Assembly (NCBI GenBank): GCA_963675215.1
Contig: OY775914.1
Span: 11,181 to 75,180, forward strand
Reading direction: 5' to 3'
Origin: Bacteroidales bacterium
GTDB lineage: Bacteria; Bacteroidota; Bacteroidia; Bacteroidales; GCA-2711565
DNA: 64,000 nucleotides
The position numbers and the translations under genes were made by a program. Under the pieces are notes generated by a model. It was not told the DNA's origin and did not search any database. It worked only from the letters and a program-made list of their open reading frames with translations. Positions 44,140 through 54,570 of the stretch are shown here, one piece after another. The number at the start of each line of letters is the position of its first letter. Position 1 is the first letter of the stretch.

Positions 44140-45270
44140 ATGAAGTTTTCCATAAAATCAAGCGATAAAAGCTCAAATGCAAGAGCCGGGATTCTTAAAA
44201 CCGGGCATGGCGTAATTGAAACACCCATTTTTATGCCTGTTGGAACTGCAGGTGCTGTTAAAGCAGTTCAGATTCCTGATTTATCAAATGACACAAAAGC
44301 ACAAATCATACTTGGAAATACTTATCACCTTTATTTACGTCCCGGGTTAGATATTATTGAAGTAGCAGGTGGTTTACATAAATTCAACGGTTGGCAAAAG
44401 CCCATTTTAACGGATAGTGGTGGATATCAGGTTTATTCGCTGGCAAACACCCGAAAATTAACCGAAAAGGGGGTGGTATTTCAATCACATATAGATGGCT
44501 CAAAACATGAGTTTACACCTGAAAATGTGATGGATATTCAGCGAACCATCGGAGCTGATATCATCATGGCTTTTGATGAATGTACTCCTTACCCATGCGA
44601 TTACGATTATGCAAAAAACTCATTGGGTATTACCCATCGATGGCTGGACAGATGCATCACTCAATTTGATAAAACCGAGGCAAAATATGGATATAAACAA
44701 ATGCTTTTGCCCATTGTTCAAGGTAGCACATACAAAGATTTACGATTAAAGTCTGCAGAGTTTATTGCATCAAAAAATACGGAGGGAAATGCCATTGGAG
44801 GATTATCGGTAGGTGAACCACATGAGATGATGTATGAAATGACAGACCTTGTTTGTGGTATTTTACCCAAAGACAAGCCAAGATATCTGATGGGCGTGGG
44901 CACTCCTGAAAACCTATTAGAAAGTATTGCGCTTGGAATTGACATGTTTGATTGTGTAATGCCAACACGTAATGCAAGGCATGGTATCATTTATACCGCT
45001 GAAGGAATTATCAATATTAAAAATGAGAAATGGAAAAATGACTTTAGCGTGTTGGATGCCAAAGGAACTTCTTATGTCGATCAACAATATAGCAAAGCCT
45101 ATGTCAGGCATTTGTTTGCTGCCAATGAGATCCTTGGAGGTATGATTACAAGTTTACATAATTTGGCTTTCTATTTATGGTTAGTTGGAGAGGCCAGAAA
45201 AAGAATAATCGAAGGTGATTTTACGATTTGGAAAAATGCAATGGTGAAAAAGCTTTCTTCCAGAATCTAA
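44140..45270 (+). CDS. tgt: tRNA-guanine transglycosylase (queuine tRNA-ribosyltransferase)
   Basis: 376 aa. Motifs: ARAGILKTGHGVIETPIFMPVGT, ILTDSGGYQV and YLMGVGTPE. Confidence 0.92.
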   Translation: MKFSIKSSDKSSNARAGILKTGHGVIETPIFMPVGTAGAVKAVQIPDLSNDTKAQIILGNTYHLYLRPGLDIIEVAGGLHKFNGWQKPILTDSGGYQVYSLANTRKLTEKGVVFQSHIDGSKHEFTPENVMDIQRTIGADIIMAFDECTPYPCDYDYAKNSLGITHRWLDRCITQFDKTEAKYGYKQMLLPIVQGSTYKDLRLKSAEFIASKNTEGNAIGGLSVGEPHEMMYEMTDLVCGILPKDKPRYLMGVGTPENLLESIALGIDMFDCVMPTRNARHGIIYTAEGIINIKNEKWKNDFSVLDAKGTSYVDQQYSKAYVRHLFAANEILGGMITSLHNLAFYLWLVGEARKRIIEGDFTIWKNAMVKKLSSRI

Positions 45271-45329
45271 TTACTAATTTTATCTTTGCTTCGTTTAAAT
45301 CAAAAAATAATTTATCAGTTTGAGAATTC

Positions 45330-46406
45330 ATGAAGATTATCGACTATTATATCATTAAAAAATTTCTGGGTACTTTCTTTTATGCCATTACGCTGCTGAT
45401 AATAGTTGTTATTATTTTCGACATTAGTGAAAATATTGATGAATTTCTTGAACACGATGCACCACTCAAAGCTATAATCTTTGGTTATTACCTAAATTTC
45501 ATCCCCTACTTCATAAACTTATTCATCTATCTTTTTACGTTCATTTCAGTTATTTTCTTTACTTCAAAATTAGCTTCCAATACAGAAATAATTGCAATGC
45601 TGAATAGCGGCATAAGTTTTAATCGTTTCTTAAGACCCTATCTTATTTCTTCTATATTTCTGGCTGTTTTCTCATTTTATTTATCAAACTTTTTAATTCC
45701 GCCAGCCAATGAAAACCGAAGGGAATTTAAAGACAAATACATCTCTAAACTAACAAAACTAAAAGATCGGCATATTCATTTGCAGATTAGCCCGGGGGAA
45801 TTTGTTTATGTTCAAAATTTTAGTGTAGCCACCCAAACCGGATTCAAATTCACCCTCGAAAAGTTTGAGGAAGATGAGCTTAAATATAAATTAAGTGCCG
45901 AACGAATTACATGGGATACTGCTGCCTCTAGATGGCACCTGACAGATTATTTTGTGCGTGTATTGGCTGAAGGCAAGGAAACCCTTCTTACAGGAAATGC
46001 GATTGATACAACGCTTGCTTTATCGCCTCAGGATCTCTATATCCAAAAAGAAGATTACGAGATCATGAATTATTGGGAACTGAATGATAAGATAAAAATG
46101 GAGCGAATGAAGGGATCGGATAATGTGAAGAGCTATGAGGTCGAAAAAGGGAAACGCCTGGCTTCACCTTTTGCTACCATCGTGATGGCACTCATTGGTG
46201 TTTCTATGTCGAGTAGGAAGTTAAGAGGAGGCATAGGAATGCATCTTGGGATGGGCCTTGCAATTGCCTTTTCATATATATTATTTATGCAAATCTCAAC
46301 AGTATTTGCAACATTTGGAAGTCTCTCACCACTCTATGCAGCCTGGATCCCGAATATATTTTTCAGTGTTATTGCCATTATCCTGATCAGAAATGCGCCT
46401 AAATAA
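45330..46406 (+). CDS. LptF/LptG-family LPS export permease
   Basis: 358 aa. The N-terminus is of YjgP/YjgQ type (IIDYYIIKKFLGTFFYAI), with six predicted TM segments and a central periplasmic domain. Confidence 0.8.
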   Translation: MKIIDYYIIKKFLGTFFYAITLLIIVVIIFDISENIDEFLEHDAPLKAIIFGYYLNFIPYFINLFIYLFTFISVIFFTSKLASNTEIIAMLNSGISFNRFLRPYLISSIFLAVFSFYLSNFLIPPANENRREFKDKYISKLTKLKDRHIHLQISPGEFVYVQNFSVATQTGFKFTLEKFEEDELKYKLSAERITWDTAASRWHLTDYFVRVLAEGKETLLTGNAIDTTLALSPQDLYIQKEDYEIMNYWELNDKIKMERMKGSDNVKSYEVEKGKRLASPFATIVMALIGVSMSSRKLRGGIGMHLGMGLAIAFSYILFMQISTVFATFGSLSPLYAAWIPNIFFSVIAIILIRNAPK

Positions 46407-46408
46407 AA

Positions 46409-46432
46409 GCCGGACAATTTTCATTGCCCGGC
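46409..46432 (-). terminator. Hairpin terminator between convergent genes
   Basis: GCCGGACAAT-tttc-ATTGCCCGGC is a 10-bp stem with one mismatch. On the minus strand it is followed by CTTTTATTT. Confidence 0.5.
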
Positions 46433-46452
46433 TGAATCCTCTTATCTAATCA

Positions 46453-47823
46453 TTAATACTTAATGGACAAAGTTCCATCATACTGAACAAAGCTCATTTT
46501 ACCAATATCAGCTTTTCTAACGCCATTTTTCCCTTTTATAACATTGGCTAAATCTGTTGATTTTAAACCTTCTGTTCTGCCTTTGGCAATGAACTGACTA
46601 CTCTTGGTATTAACATCAGAATAAAGCACATCTTTTGGGATATCGTATTTTGTGTATTTAAAATCTACATCGATAAAGTATTGAGGTGTTCCTGAAAATG
46701 TTAAATCAACATCTGTGTATTTTCCGCTAACACTTATTGAATAAAAATCCTTATCTATCCTTGAAACCGTTAGCTTATCATCATAAGTTTCTAAGTCGAT
46801 CATTCCTGCTACTCTTCCGAATACAAATTCGGTATATTTCGAATCTGAAGAAAATTCGCCTACAAAATTGGCCTCAACTTTATTGTCGTAGCAATCGGGG
46901 TATTCAAAAATATCAACATTTTCAAAAATAATTCCGGAATATTTTCCTGTGAGCTTGAGCTTACTTCCACAATCTTTGGCCCTCAATTCACAATCATACA
47001 AATCCAAATCTCCATATGCTATATCACCAATATTAACATCTGTATATTTTGCCTTTCCCTCAATTGATTTAAGTTTGGTAAAGAATAACTTATCATCGTA
47101 CGAATCCATTTTTACAGATCCCATGGCATCGATTTCAATTTTCGAATATTTTGATTTCAAAATCAGATCGCCCATGTTACCAACTTCAATGTCCGAGTCG
47201 TAAATATCCATGTTGCAATTGCCCAAACTTCCAAAAAATAAATTTGAATATTTAGTTTTCAATATTTCAACATTGGGCGTCTGACCCGCTCTCATATCAA
47301 CATCATATAAATCAAATTCAATGTTTCCATTATAATCCTCCATGAAAACCTCCGAATATTTCTGATGCAATTTCAGGTCATGATTATCCGGCAGGGTGAG
47401 AACATAATTGATTTCATATTCCTTTAAATTTACAGTTGGGCCGGTTGTGAGTGTAGCAACAATTTTATTTACCAATCCGGTAATAACTGTTGATTTCACA
47501 TTTGAAAAAATACCAGTTTTGATTTCCAATAACGAAGAAGAATTTCGAACTTCTAAATTCTCAAGCGCCTCAATTGTCAGATCTATATCTTCCTTGTTAT
47601 TGGCTCTGAGTTTATAGAAACATTCTAATTTCACCTGCTGTTTATTCCAAACCTTGACCGTTAAATCACTGCTTTTATTTGTAAAATCAATTTTTGTGTT
47701 TGCGTTAATATTAAATTCTTTTTCGATCACTCCTTCCTTTTCATAGGCGCTAACATTTAAGCCTGCACCTAAAAATAAAGTGACGATGAATAATTGAATG
47801 ATTTGTTTAGTAATATTTTTCAT
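46453..47823 (-). CDS. Secreted beta-helix-like repeat protein (DUF4097/putative adhesin-like)
   Basis: I prefer the start at M14 (MKNITKQIIQLFIVTLFLGAGLNVSA is a signal peptide). KYS..-type repeats recur through the protein. It is the last gene of the sigma/anti-sigma operon. Confidence 0.5.
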   Translation of the reverse strand: MKNITKQIIQLFIVTLFLGAGLNVSAYEKEGVIEKEFNINANTKIDFTNKSSDLTVKVWNKQQVKLECFYKLRANNKEDIDLTIEALENLEVRNSSSLLEIKTGIFSNVKSTVITGLVNKIVATLTTGPTVNLKEYEINYVLTLPDNHDLKLHQKYSEVFMEDYNGNIEFDLYDVDMRAGQTPNVEILKTKYSNLFFGSLGNCNMDIYDSDIEVGNMGDLILKSKYSKIEIDAMGSVKMDSYDDKLFFTKLKSIEGKAKYTDVNIGDIAYGDLDLYDCELRAKDCGSKLKLTGKYSGIIFENVDIFEYPDCYDNKVEANFVGEFSSDSKYTEFVFGRVAGMIDLETYDDKLTVSRIDKDFYSISVSGKYTDVDLTFSGTPQYFIDVDFKYTKYDIPKDVLYSDVNTKSSQFIAKGRTEGLKSTDLANVIKGKNGVRKADIGKMSFVQYDGTLSIKY

Positions 47824-48349
47824 GATTTTGGGTTTTAATATTATCATTTTCCTTTTTATCAATTTCTGCTAACATTATTTCGAGCAAGCGCATTTTTATT
47901 TCATAATATTCGAATAATGTTTTTACCAGTCGAGGGTTGCCTCCAAGTTCTGCAAAATCTTTAAGGCTCTCGGCTTTTAATTTCTCCAACTGATCGATTT
48001 CATCGAAAATATCTGCGAATTCATTTCGATTTAAATCATTTACTTTAATCTGATCCCATTTTTCGGCAATTGATGCCTGATAAAATTGCTCCTGTGCTGC
48101 ATATTCAGGAGAAATATCGGCCAATGAAAATTGAATAACTTTAGGTGTTGGATTTAAAACCGAATTCAAAACAAATCCACTTATCAAAGCCAGTAAAACA
48201 ATAGCAGCAGCTTTCCAGCTTAAAAACTGAAATGAACGTTTTGGTTTTAGCTCTGCCTGAATTCCAGACCAAATAAAATCATCATCCGGTTCTTCCACAT
48301 CCAACGCAGCCCTGTTTTTCTTTAACAATTCTTCAAAATTAGTTTTCAT
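47807..48349 (-). CDS. Putative anti-sigma factor (single-pass membrane protein)
   Basis: 180 aa with one TM segment (WKAAAIVLLALISGFVL). It overlaps the upstream sigma gene by 11 nt. Confidence 0.55.
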   Translation of the reverse strand: MKTNFEELLKKNRAALDVEEPDDDFIWSGIQAELKPKRSFQFLSWKAAAIVLLALISGFVLNSVLNPTPKVIQFSLADISPEYAAQEQFYQASIAEKWDQIKVNDLNRNEFADIFDEIDQLEKLKAESLKDFAELGGNPRLVKTLFEYYEIKMRLLEIMLAEIDKKENDNIKTQNHEKYY

Positions 48350-48890
48350 TGACTGTTACATTAATTTTATTCATTAAAATTGATCGGGCACGTAAATATT
48401 GTGTTTTTGAGGTTGATTCCGAAATCTTCAACATTTCACCGATCTCTTTATGTTTGTAGCCCTCCAGTGCAAATAAATTAAAAATTATTCTGGATCCTTC
48501 GGGTAACTCTTTAATTGCCTGATGAATATATTCGGGATTATTTGCAGCATATTCATCCCAATTATACGAATCGGGTTTTTCAAAATTCCCGGATTCTATT
48601 TCAACGAGCATTAATTTATTTTTGCGCAAATGGCTGATGCATTGATTGATTACGATTCGCTTTAGCCAGGCTCCGAAAGTCGACTTGCCTTCAAAACGCT
48701 TCAGGTTTCGGAATGCACTTACGAATGCATCCTGAAGAATATCTTCGGCCTCGTGCCTGTCGTTCAGCATACGTAAACAAATATTATACATTGCCTTAGA
48801 ATAAAGTTTGTATAGCCTGTATTGTGCACGCGAATCACCGCAGATACATTTTGTAATTAATTCAGCATGCATTTCAAATTCTGGCTTCAA
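48339..48890 (-). CDS. ECF RNA polymerase sigma factor
   Basis: 183 aa. Region 2: EAEDILQDAFVSAF, FGAWLKRIVINQCISHLRK. Region 4: HKEIGEMLKISESTSKTQYLRARS. Confidence 0.85.
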   Translation of the reverse strand: MKPEFEMHAELITKCICGDSRAQYRLYKLYSKAMYNICLRMLNDRHEAEDILQDAFVSAFRNLKRFEGKSTFGAWLKRIVINQCISHLRKNKLMLVEIESGNFEKPDSYNWDEYAANNPEYIHQAIKELPEGSRIIFNLFALEGYKHKEIGEMLKISESTSKTQYLRARSILMNKINVTVNEN

Positions 48891-48944
48891 ATTCTACTCG
48901 TTTTTAATAAAGACGATTATAAAACAAAAAAGTTGGAAGGCGCA

Positions 48945-49757
48945 TTAAATTATTGTGGAGAAATAAAAGTCATTCTCAAATATTTTTGATAAATCCACAG
49001 ATTTTTCAAACAGGCCATAAACTGCCGACCCGCTCCCACTCATAGATGCATAAACTGCACCGTTTTGATAGAGCGTATTTTTGATCACCTTAATCTCAGG
49101 ATATTTTTTGAAAATAGTTACCTCAAAATCATTTTTTATAATTTCTTTCCATTTGCTAATCGGCTTTTGAATTTCGCTCATTAATGAGTTATTGGCAGAG
49201 CTAATATTTACATTGGTATATGCTTCAGCAGTATTGACATGGTTTTCGGGTTTCACAATTATGACTTGATACCCATTTAGTTTTAAATCAATTTCATTGA
49301 AAATATCTCCTCTTGCGGTGGCGAAAACAGGTTTATTTAAGATAAAAAAAGCACAGTCGGCCCCAAGTTTTCGGGCGTAATTAATGAGCTGGTCTTGTGA
49401 GAGTTCTAAATTAAAAATCTCGTTTAGCAAAACTAAAGTTTGGGCTGCGTCTGAGGAGCCTCCCCCCAAACCCGCTCCCATGGGAATGACCTTATGCAAA
49501 TGAATTTTTACATTTTTTAAATCAAAATCATTTTTCAATAAATGATATGCCTTTAAACACAAGTTTTTCTCTGAATCTCCCGGGATATCAATGCCTGTTG
49601 AATTAAAAACTGTTGGCTCATCCGGGGCAGCAATAATTTCCAATGCGTCGCATAAATTGATGGGATAGAACAGCGTTTCAAGATTATGAAAACCATCTGC
49701 TCGTTTTTCGATAATATTTAAGCCCAGATTAATTTTAGCATTTGGAAAAGCAATCAT
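48945..49757 (-). CDS. ispE: 4-diphosphocytidyl-2-C-methyl-D-erythritol kinase
   Basis: 270 aa. Motifs: PNAKINLGLNIIEKRADGFHNLETLF and the GHMP motif PMGAGLGGGSSDAA. Confidence 0.9.
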   Translation of the reverse strand: MIAFPNAKINLGLNIIEKRADGFHNLETLFYPINLCDALEIIAAPDEPTVFNSTGIDIPGDSEKNLCLKAYHLLKNDFDLKNVKIHLHKVIPMGAGLGGGSSDAAQTLVLLNEIFNLELSQDQLINYARKLGADCAFFILNKPVFATARGDIFNEIDLKLNGYQVIIVKPENHVNTAEAYTNVNISSANNSLMSEIQKPISKWKEIIKNDFEVTIFKKYPEIKVIKNTLYQNGAVYASMSGSGSAVYGLFEKSVDLSKIFENDFYFSTII

Positions 49758-49910
49758 CTTTATACTTTTTTCGTAAAAATATGAAGTATAAAATTAAAGA
49801 TTTTAGTGAGTTAAACACCGATTAATTTTTTGAACCAGTGAATTCATTTCAAAAATCAATTTTATTAACTTTGAAGGAGAATTTTACATCATTGTTATTC
49901 TATATAAAAC

Positions 49911-51428
49911 ATGGCACTATTAAACTCCGTTTTATCCTGGCTCATTAAAAAGAGGATTCATCAAATCGAACTTTTTAAAAAATACCCTCATGAGGTTCAG
50001 GAGGAGTGGCTGAAAAAATTAATTAACAGTGCCAAAGACACAGAGTGGGGTTTAAAATATAATTATGCATCGTTAAAAACATATCAGGATTTTGCCAATG
50101 CTGTTCCGGTTAACGATTACGAGTCGCTAAAACCATACATAGAAAGACTGAGGAAGGGAGAACAAAACATTTTATGGCCTTCCGAAATACGATGGTTTGC
50201 ACAATCATCAGGCACCACAAATGATAAAAGTAAATTTATTCCGGTCAGTGAAGAGTCTTTAGAAGATTGTCATTATAAAGGGGGCAAGGACATGCTCTCC
50301 ATTTACTTAAATAACAATCCGGATTCTGAGTTTTTTGACGGCCGTGGTTTGGCCTTAACCGGAAGTCATCGAATTAAGGAAGTAAATAATGAAGATTATT
50401 ATACGGGAGACCTCTCTGCAATCATCATTCAAAATCTTCCTTTCTGGGTAGAGTTTATTCGGGTACCCAAGATAAGTGTAGCTCTAATGGATGACTGGGA
50501 AGAGAAAATTGAGGAAATGGCTAAATCTAGCATTCAGCATAACCTTACAAATTTATCAGGAGTTCCTTCCTGGACCCTTCTCTTACTTAAAAGAATTTTA
50601 GAAATTTCCGGGAAAAAAAACATCTCAGAAGTATGGCCTGACCTTGAGGTATTCTTTCATGGTGGTGTAAATTTTGCACCCTATCGCGAGCAATTTTTAA
50701 AATTGATCCCTTCAAAAAAGATGAAATTTGTTGAAACTTATAATGCCTCCGAAGGTTTTTTTGGGATTCAGGATCAACCTGATTCAAGCGAATTATTGCT
50801 GATGCTTGACTATGGTATCTTTTATGAATTTTTACCCATTAATCAAGTTGACAAAGATGAAAAAACCCCATTGCCACTCGATCAGGTTGAATTAAATACA
50901 AATTACGCCATGCTAATAACCACCAATGCGGGTTTATGGCGCTACATGATTGGAGATACCATTGAATTTACCAATTTATCACCATACCGAATTAGAATTA
51001 CAGGGCGTACCAAAAGTTTTATTAATGCTGTTGGTGAAGAAGTAATTATTGATAATGCGGAAACTGCGCTGGCAGAAGCCTGTTTGTCAAATCAAGCGAT
51101 TATTAGTGAGTATACGGCGGCGCCCATTTATTCTAATGGCAACAAAAGTGCCGCTCATGAATGGGTAATTGAATTTGAAGTTCCTCCAAAAAACATAGCT
51201 GAATTTACCCTAACCCTTGATCACGCGCTTCAATCACTAAATTCAGATTACGAGGCAAAAAGGCATCATGATTTAATTTTAAGCAAGCCTATATTAAGAG
51301 TGGTTCCAGAAGGTACTTTTTACAAATGGTTGAAAAAAAGGGGGAAATTAGGTGGGCAAAATAAGGTTCCCCGACTATCCAACAACAGAAAATATATCGA
51401 CGAACTTTTGTCCGATCTTAATTTTTAA
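49911..51428 (+). CDS. GH3-family (auxin-responsive promoter-like) adenylate-forming enzyme
   Basis: 505 aa. Motifs: FAQSSGTTNDKSKFIPVS and YNASEGFFG. Confidence 0.75.
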   Translation: MALLNSVLSWLIKKRIHQIELFKKYPHEVQEEWLKKLINSAKDTEWGLKYNYASLKTYQDFANAVPVNDYESLKPYIERLRKGEQNILWPSEIRWFAQSSGTTNDKSKFIPVSEESLEDCHYKGGKDMLSIYLNNNPDSEFFDGRGLALTGSHRIKEVNNEDYYTGDLSAIIIQNLPFWVEFIRVPKISVALMDDWEEKIEEMAKSSIQHNLTNLSGVPSWTLLLLKRILEISGKKNISEVWPDLEVFFHGGVNFAPYREQFLKLIPSKKMKFVETYNASEGFFGIQDQPDSSELLLMLDYGIFYEFLPINQVDKDEKTPLPLDQVELNTNYAMLITTNAGLWRYMIGDTIEFTNLSPYRIRITGRTKSFINAVGEEVIIDNAETALAEACLSNQAIISEYTAAPIYSNGNKSAAHEWVIEFEVPPKNIAEFTLTLDHALQSLNSDYEAKRHHDLILSKPILRVVPEGTFYKWLKKRGKLGGQNKVPRLSNNRKYIDELLSDLNF

Positions 51429-51486
51429 ATTTGTTTTCTATTTGCCTGTTTTTTTTATCTTCGTATATATTTAAAATCACAAAAGA

Positions 51487-52101
51487 ATGCATATAGCTAT
51501 TGCAGGAAACATCGGTTCAGGAAAAACCACCTTAACGAAACTCCTCTCAAAACACTTTGGCTGGAAAGCTCATTTCGAAGACGTTGACACCAATCCTTAC
51601 CTCAACAGTTTTTATGAAGACATGCAGCGATGGTCGTTTAATTTACAGGTGTATTTTTTGAACAGTCGATTTCGACAGGTTATAAAAATCAGACAAAGCG
51701 GAAAAACAGTAATTCAGGATCGAACCATTTATGAAGATGCCTATATTTTTGCACCCAATCTTCACTCGATGAACTTAATGTCGACCCGTGATTTTGAAAA
51801 TTATAGTTCTTTGTTTGAATTGATGAGTACTTTTATACAACCTCCCGATCTGCTTATTTATTTGAGATCAAGCGTTCCAAATCTGGTGAACCAGATTCAA
51901 AAACGAGGCAGGGAATATGAAGAATCTATTCGCATTGATTATTTAAAATTACTTAATGAAAGATATGAAGGTTGGATCACTAAATACGAAGCCGGAAAAC
52001 TTTTAATCATTGATGTTGATGACATTGATTTTGAATCCAACCCTGAAGATCTTGGAATGGTAATAGAAAAGATTAACGCTGAAATTCATGGCTTGTTTTA
52101 A
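51487..52101 (+). CDS. Deoxynucleoside kinase
   Basis: 204 aa. It has a P-loop (IAGNIGSGKTTL) and DRTIYED, the dNK family layout. Confidence 0.85.
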   Translation: MHIAIAGNIGSGKTTLTKLLSKHFGWKAHFEDVDTNPYLNSFYEDMQRWSFNLQVYFLNSRFRQVIKIRQSGKTVIQDRTIYEDAYIFAPNLHSMNLMSTRDFENYSSLFELMSTFIQPPDLLIYLRSSVPNLVNQIQKRGREYEESIRIDYLKLLNERYEGWITKYEAGKLLIIDVDDIDFESNPEDLGMVIEKINAEIHGLF

Positions 52102-52113
52102 GCAATATCGACG

Positions 52114-52446
52114 ATGGCAACTATTGATGATTTTGACAAATTAGATATCCGTGTAGGGAAAATAATTGAGGTTGCTGATTTTCCGGAAGCCAGAAATCCA
52201 TCCTATAAATTATTGATAGATTTTGGTGATAAAATAGGAGTAAAAAAATCAAGTGCGCAGCTCACTCAGAACTACACAAAAAATGATCTTCAAAACAAAT
52301 TAATTCTTGCCGTTGTAAATTTCCCGCCAAGGCAAATTGGCCCTACAATTTCAGAAGTCTTAACTTTGGGAGTTCCTGATGAAAATGGGAATACGGTTTT
52401 GATAGAACCAGGAAATGAAGTACCCTTAGCAGCAAAACTATATTAG
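52114..52446 (+). CDS. tRNA-binding domain protein (CsaA/EMAP-like)
   Basis: 110 aa. Motif: FDKLDIRVGKIIEVADFPEARNPSYKLLIDFG. Confidence 0.8.
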   Translation: MATIDDFDKLDIRVGKIIEVADFPEARNPSYKLLIDFGDKIGVKKSSAQLTQNYTKNDLQNKLILAVVNFPPRQIGPTISEVLTLGVPDENGNTVLIEPGNEVPLAAKLY

Positions 52447-52453
52447 CTTAAAC

Positions 52454-53203
52454 ATGAAATTCATTGGAATAATACCTGCACGTTACGAATCGAGCCGTTT
52501 CCCCGGCAAACCATTAGCCATGATTTCGGGTAAACCCATGATTCAGCATGTTTATGAAAATGCATCTAAAACAAATTTTTTGAATGAAGTGATTGTCGCC
52601 ACAGATGATGAGCGCATTTATTCGAGCGTTAATGACTTTGGCGGTAAAGTAATTATGACGAGTCATGATCATCAAAGCGGAACAGACCGATGTAATGAAG
52701 TTATACGATCGTTAAGTAAAACAGGGCAGAACTTTGATGTCGCCATAAACATACAGGGAGATGAGCCTTTTTTAAATCCAGGGCAAATTGAAACCGTAAT
52801 ACAGAGCTTTAAAAATGATGCGAAAATTAAAATTTCAACATTAATAAAAAAAATACAGCAAAGCGACGAACTTTTTAATCCGAACGTCGTTAAAGCAATC
52901 ATTAATCATGATGGAAAAGCGATTTATTTTAGTAGATCACCTATTCCTTTTTTGAGAGATAAAGCGCAAAACCAATGGCTTAATCACCATTCATTTTTTA
53001 AACATATAGGAATATACGGGTATCGAACAGAAGTTTTAAAAGAAATTTGCGAATTAAAAAAATCTGATCTGGAAAAATCAGAAAATTTGGAACAATTAAG
53101 GTGGATTGAAAACGGCTATCAGATTCATACTGAAATTACAAATATTGAAAATAAGGCCATAGATACGCCGGAGGATTTAAAATTTTTTACCGACAAAATT
53201 TGA
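52454..53203 (+). CDS. kdsB: 3-deoxy-manno-octulosonate cytidylyltransferase
   Basis: 249 aa. Motifs: IIPARYESSRFPGKPLA, SGTDRC and NIQGDEP. Confidence 0.9.
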   Translation: MKFIGIIPARYESSRFPGKPLAMISGKPMIQHVYENASKTNFLNEVIVATDDERIYSSVNDFGGKVIMTSHDHQSGTDRCNEVIRSLSKTGQNFDVAINIQGDEPFLNPGQIETVIQSFKNDAKIKISTLIKKIQQSDELFNPNVVKAIINHDGKAIYFSRSPIPFLRDKAQNQWLNHHSFFKHIGIYGYRTEVLKEICELKKSDLEKSENLEQLRWIENGYQIHTEITNIENKAIDTPEDLKFFTDKI

Positions 53204-53258
53204 ATATTGCGAACATCAATTGTACCTTAGCTGATTACAGGAATTTGAGGAATAAAAA

Positions 53259-54485
53259 ATGAAAGTTGCACGTTATATCGGAGATTTACTTTTTCAATAC
53301 GAATGTATTGTTATTCCTGGATTTGGTGGATTCATCACCAAAGAAATCCCCGCTAAAATTCACCCTGTTCAAAATCATTTTGTTCCTCCATCAAAAGACA
53401 TTGTTTTTAACGTGCACCTGAAAGCCAACGACGGGTTGCTCATTAATCACATTGTACGTGCTGAGAAAATAACTTATTCCGATGCAAAAAAGAAGCTTGA
53501 AAGTTTCGTGATTCAATGTGAGGCAGCACTTAAAAACGGCAAACGTATCCACTTCAGAAAAGTTGGAACTCTTTTTATTAATGAGGCTGGATTTAAGCAG
53601 TTCGAACCAGATAGCACACAAAATTATTTGGCAGATTCATTCGGACTTAAAAGCTTTATTTCACCAGCCATAAAAAGAACACCTGGTGGCAGACCAATAT
53701 CCAACAAACCGCCACAAGATCGAAAAGCAGCAGAAGTGCATCATCGTACAAAAGTTAAAAAAGAAGCGGCTAAACCAAAAGTAAAAGGACCTAAATATAT
53801 TCGCCTTAATATTTCTGCTATTCTTATTCTCGTGCTGATATCAGCTTATGTGATCTTTAATTTCACTGAGGTTAAAAAATATTATAATAATCATTCTTCC
53901 CTAATTCCATTTTTTTATCCAAATGCGAATGAATATCTGGTTGCTAATTATGTTGAATTGGGGGTGGATAAACTATTCAATATTGGCGATGAGTTGAAAA
54001 ATGTTGGAGATAAATTAAAAATTAATACGTCGCTACCTTCTGATGAAGTCAAAAAGCCTGAACTTAAAGTTGAAGAAGAAACTGAATCGATAGAAGATAC
54101 TTATAAGAAACTCTTAAAAGAGCTTGAAAGAGAGACGAAGGGTTGGGTCGATTCTATTTCGTCGGATGCAGACATACCATTGAGTAATATCGAAAAAAAC
54201 ACGCCTTCCATCACAGCACCCATTGTGAAGGAAGAAATAATCCCGAAATCAGCCAGTACCGCTAGATACCATATTATTGCTGGCTCATTTCAAAATATCG
54301 CCAATGCTAATAAATTCGTTCTGGAATTAAAACAAAAAGGATACCATGCAAGTATTGCCGGAACAAACAAATACGAGCATTACAGAGTCTCTTATGATAA
54401 TTTCAATGACTTATCACTTGCTAACCAACAATTAGCAATCATCCGAAAAGAAGAAAATTCAGCAGCTTGGATCTTATCACTTTAA
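53259..54485 (+). CDS. SPOR-domain protein with an N-terminal HU-like domain
   Basis: 408 aa. It has an N-terminal HU_CCDC81-like region (VIPGFGGFITKE), a central TM segment, and a C-terminal SPOR domain (YHIIAGSFQNIANANKFVLELKQKGY). Confidence 0.7.
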   Translation: MKVARYIGDLLFQYECIVIPGFGGFITKEIPAKIHPVQNHFVPPSKDIVFNVHLKANDGLLINHIVRAEKITYSDAKKKLESFVIQCEAALKNGKRIHFRKVGTLFINEAGFKQFEPDSTQNYLADSFGLKSFISPAIKRTPGGRPISNKPPQDRKAAEVHHRTKVKKEAAKPKVKGPKYIRLNISAILILVLISAYVIFNFTEVKKYYNNHSSLIPFFYPNANEYLVANYVELGVDKLFNIGDELKNVGDKLKINTSLPSDEVKKPELKVEEETESIEDTYKKLLKELERETKGWVDSISSDADIPLSNIEKNTPSITAPIVKEEIIPKSASTARYHIIAGSFQNIANANKFVLELKQKGYHASIAGTNKYEHYRVSYDNFNDLSLANQQLAIIRKEENSAAWILSL

Positions 54486-54570
54486 AACGCTAAACTTGGT
54501 ATATATTAATTTGCTAATTGAACTAATCATTCAATTATTTTTTCGAAATTTGTGGCCAAAATGTTTTTAA

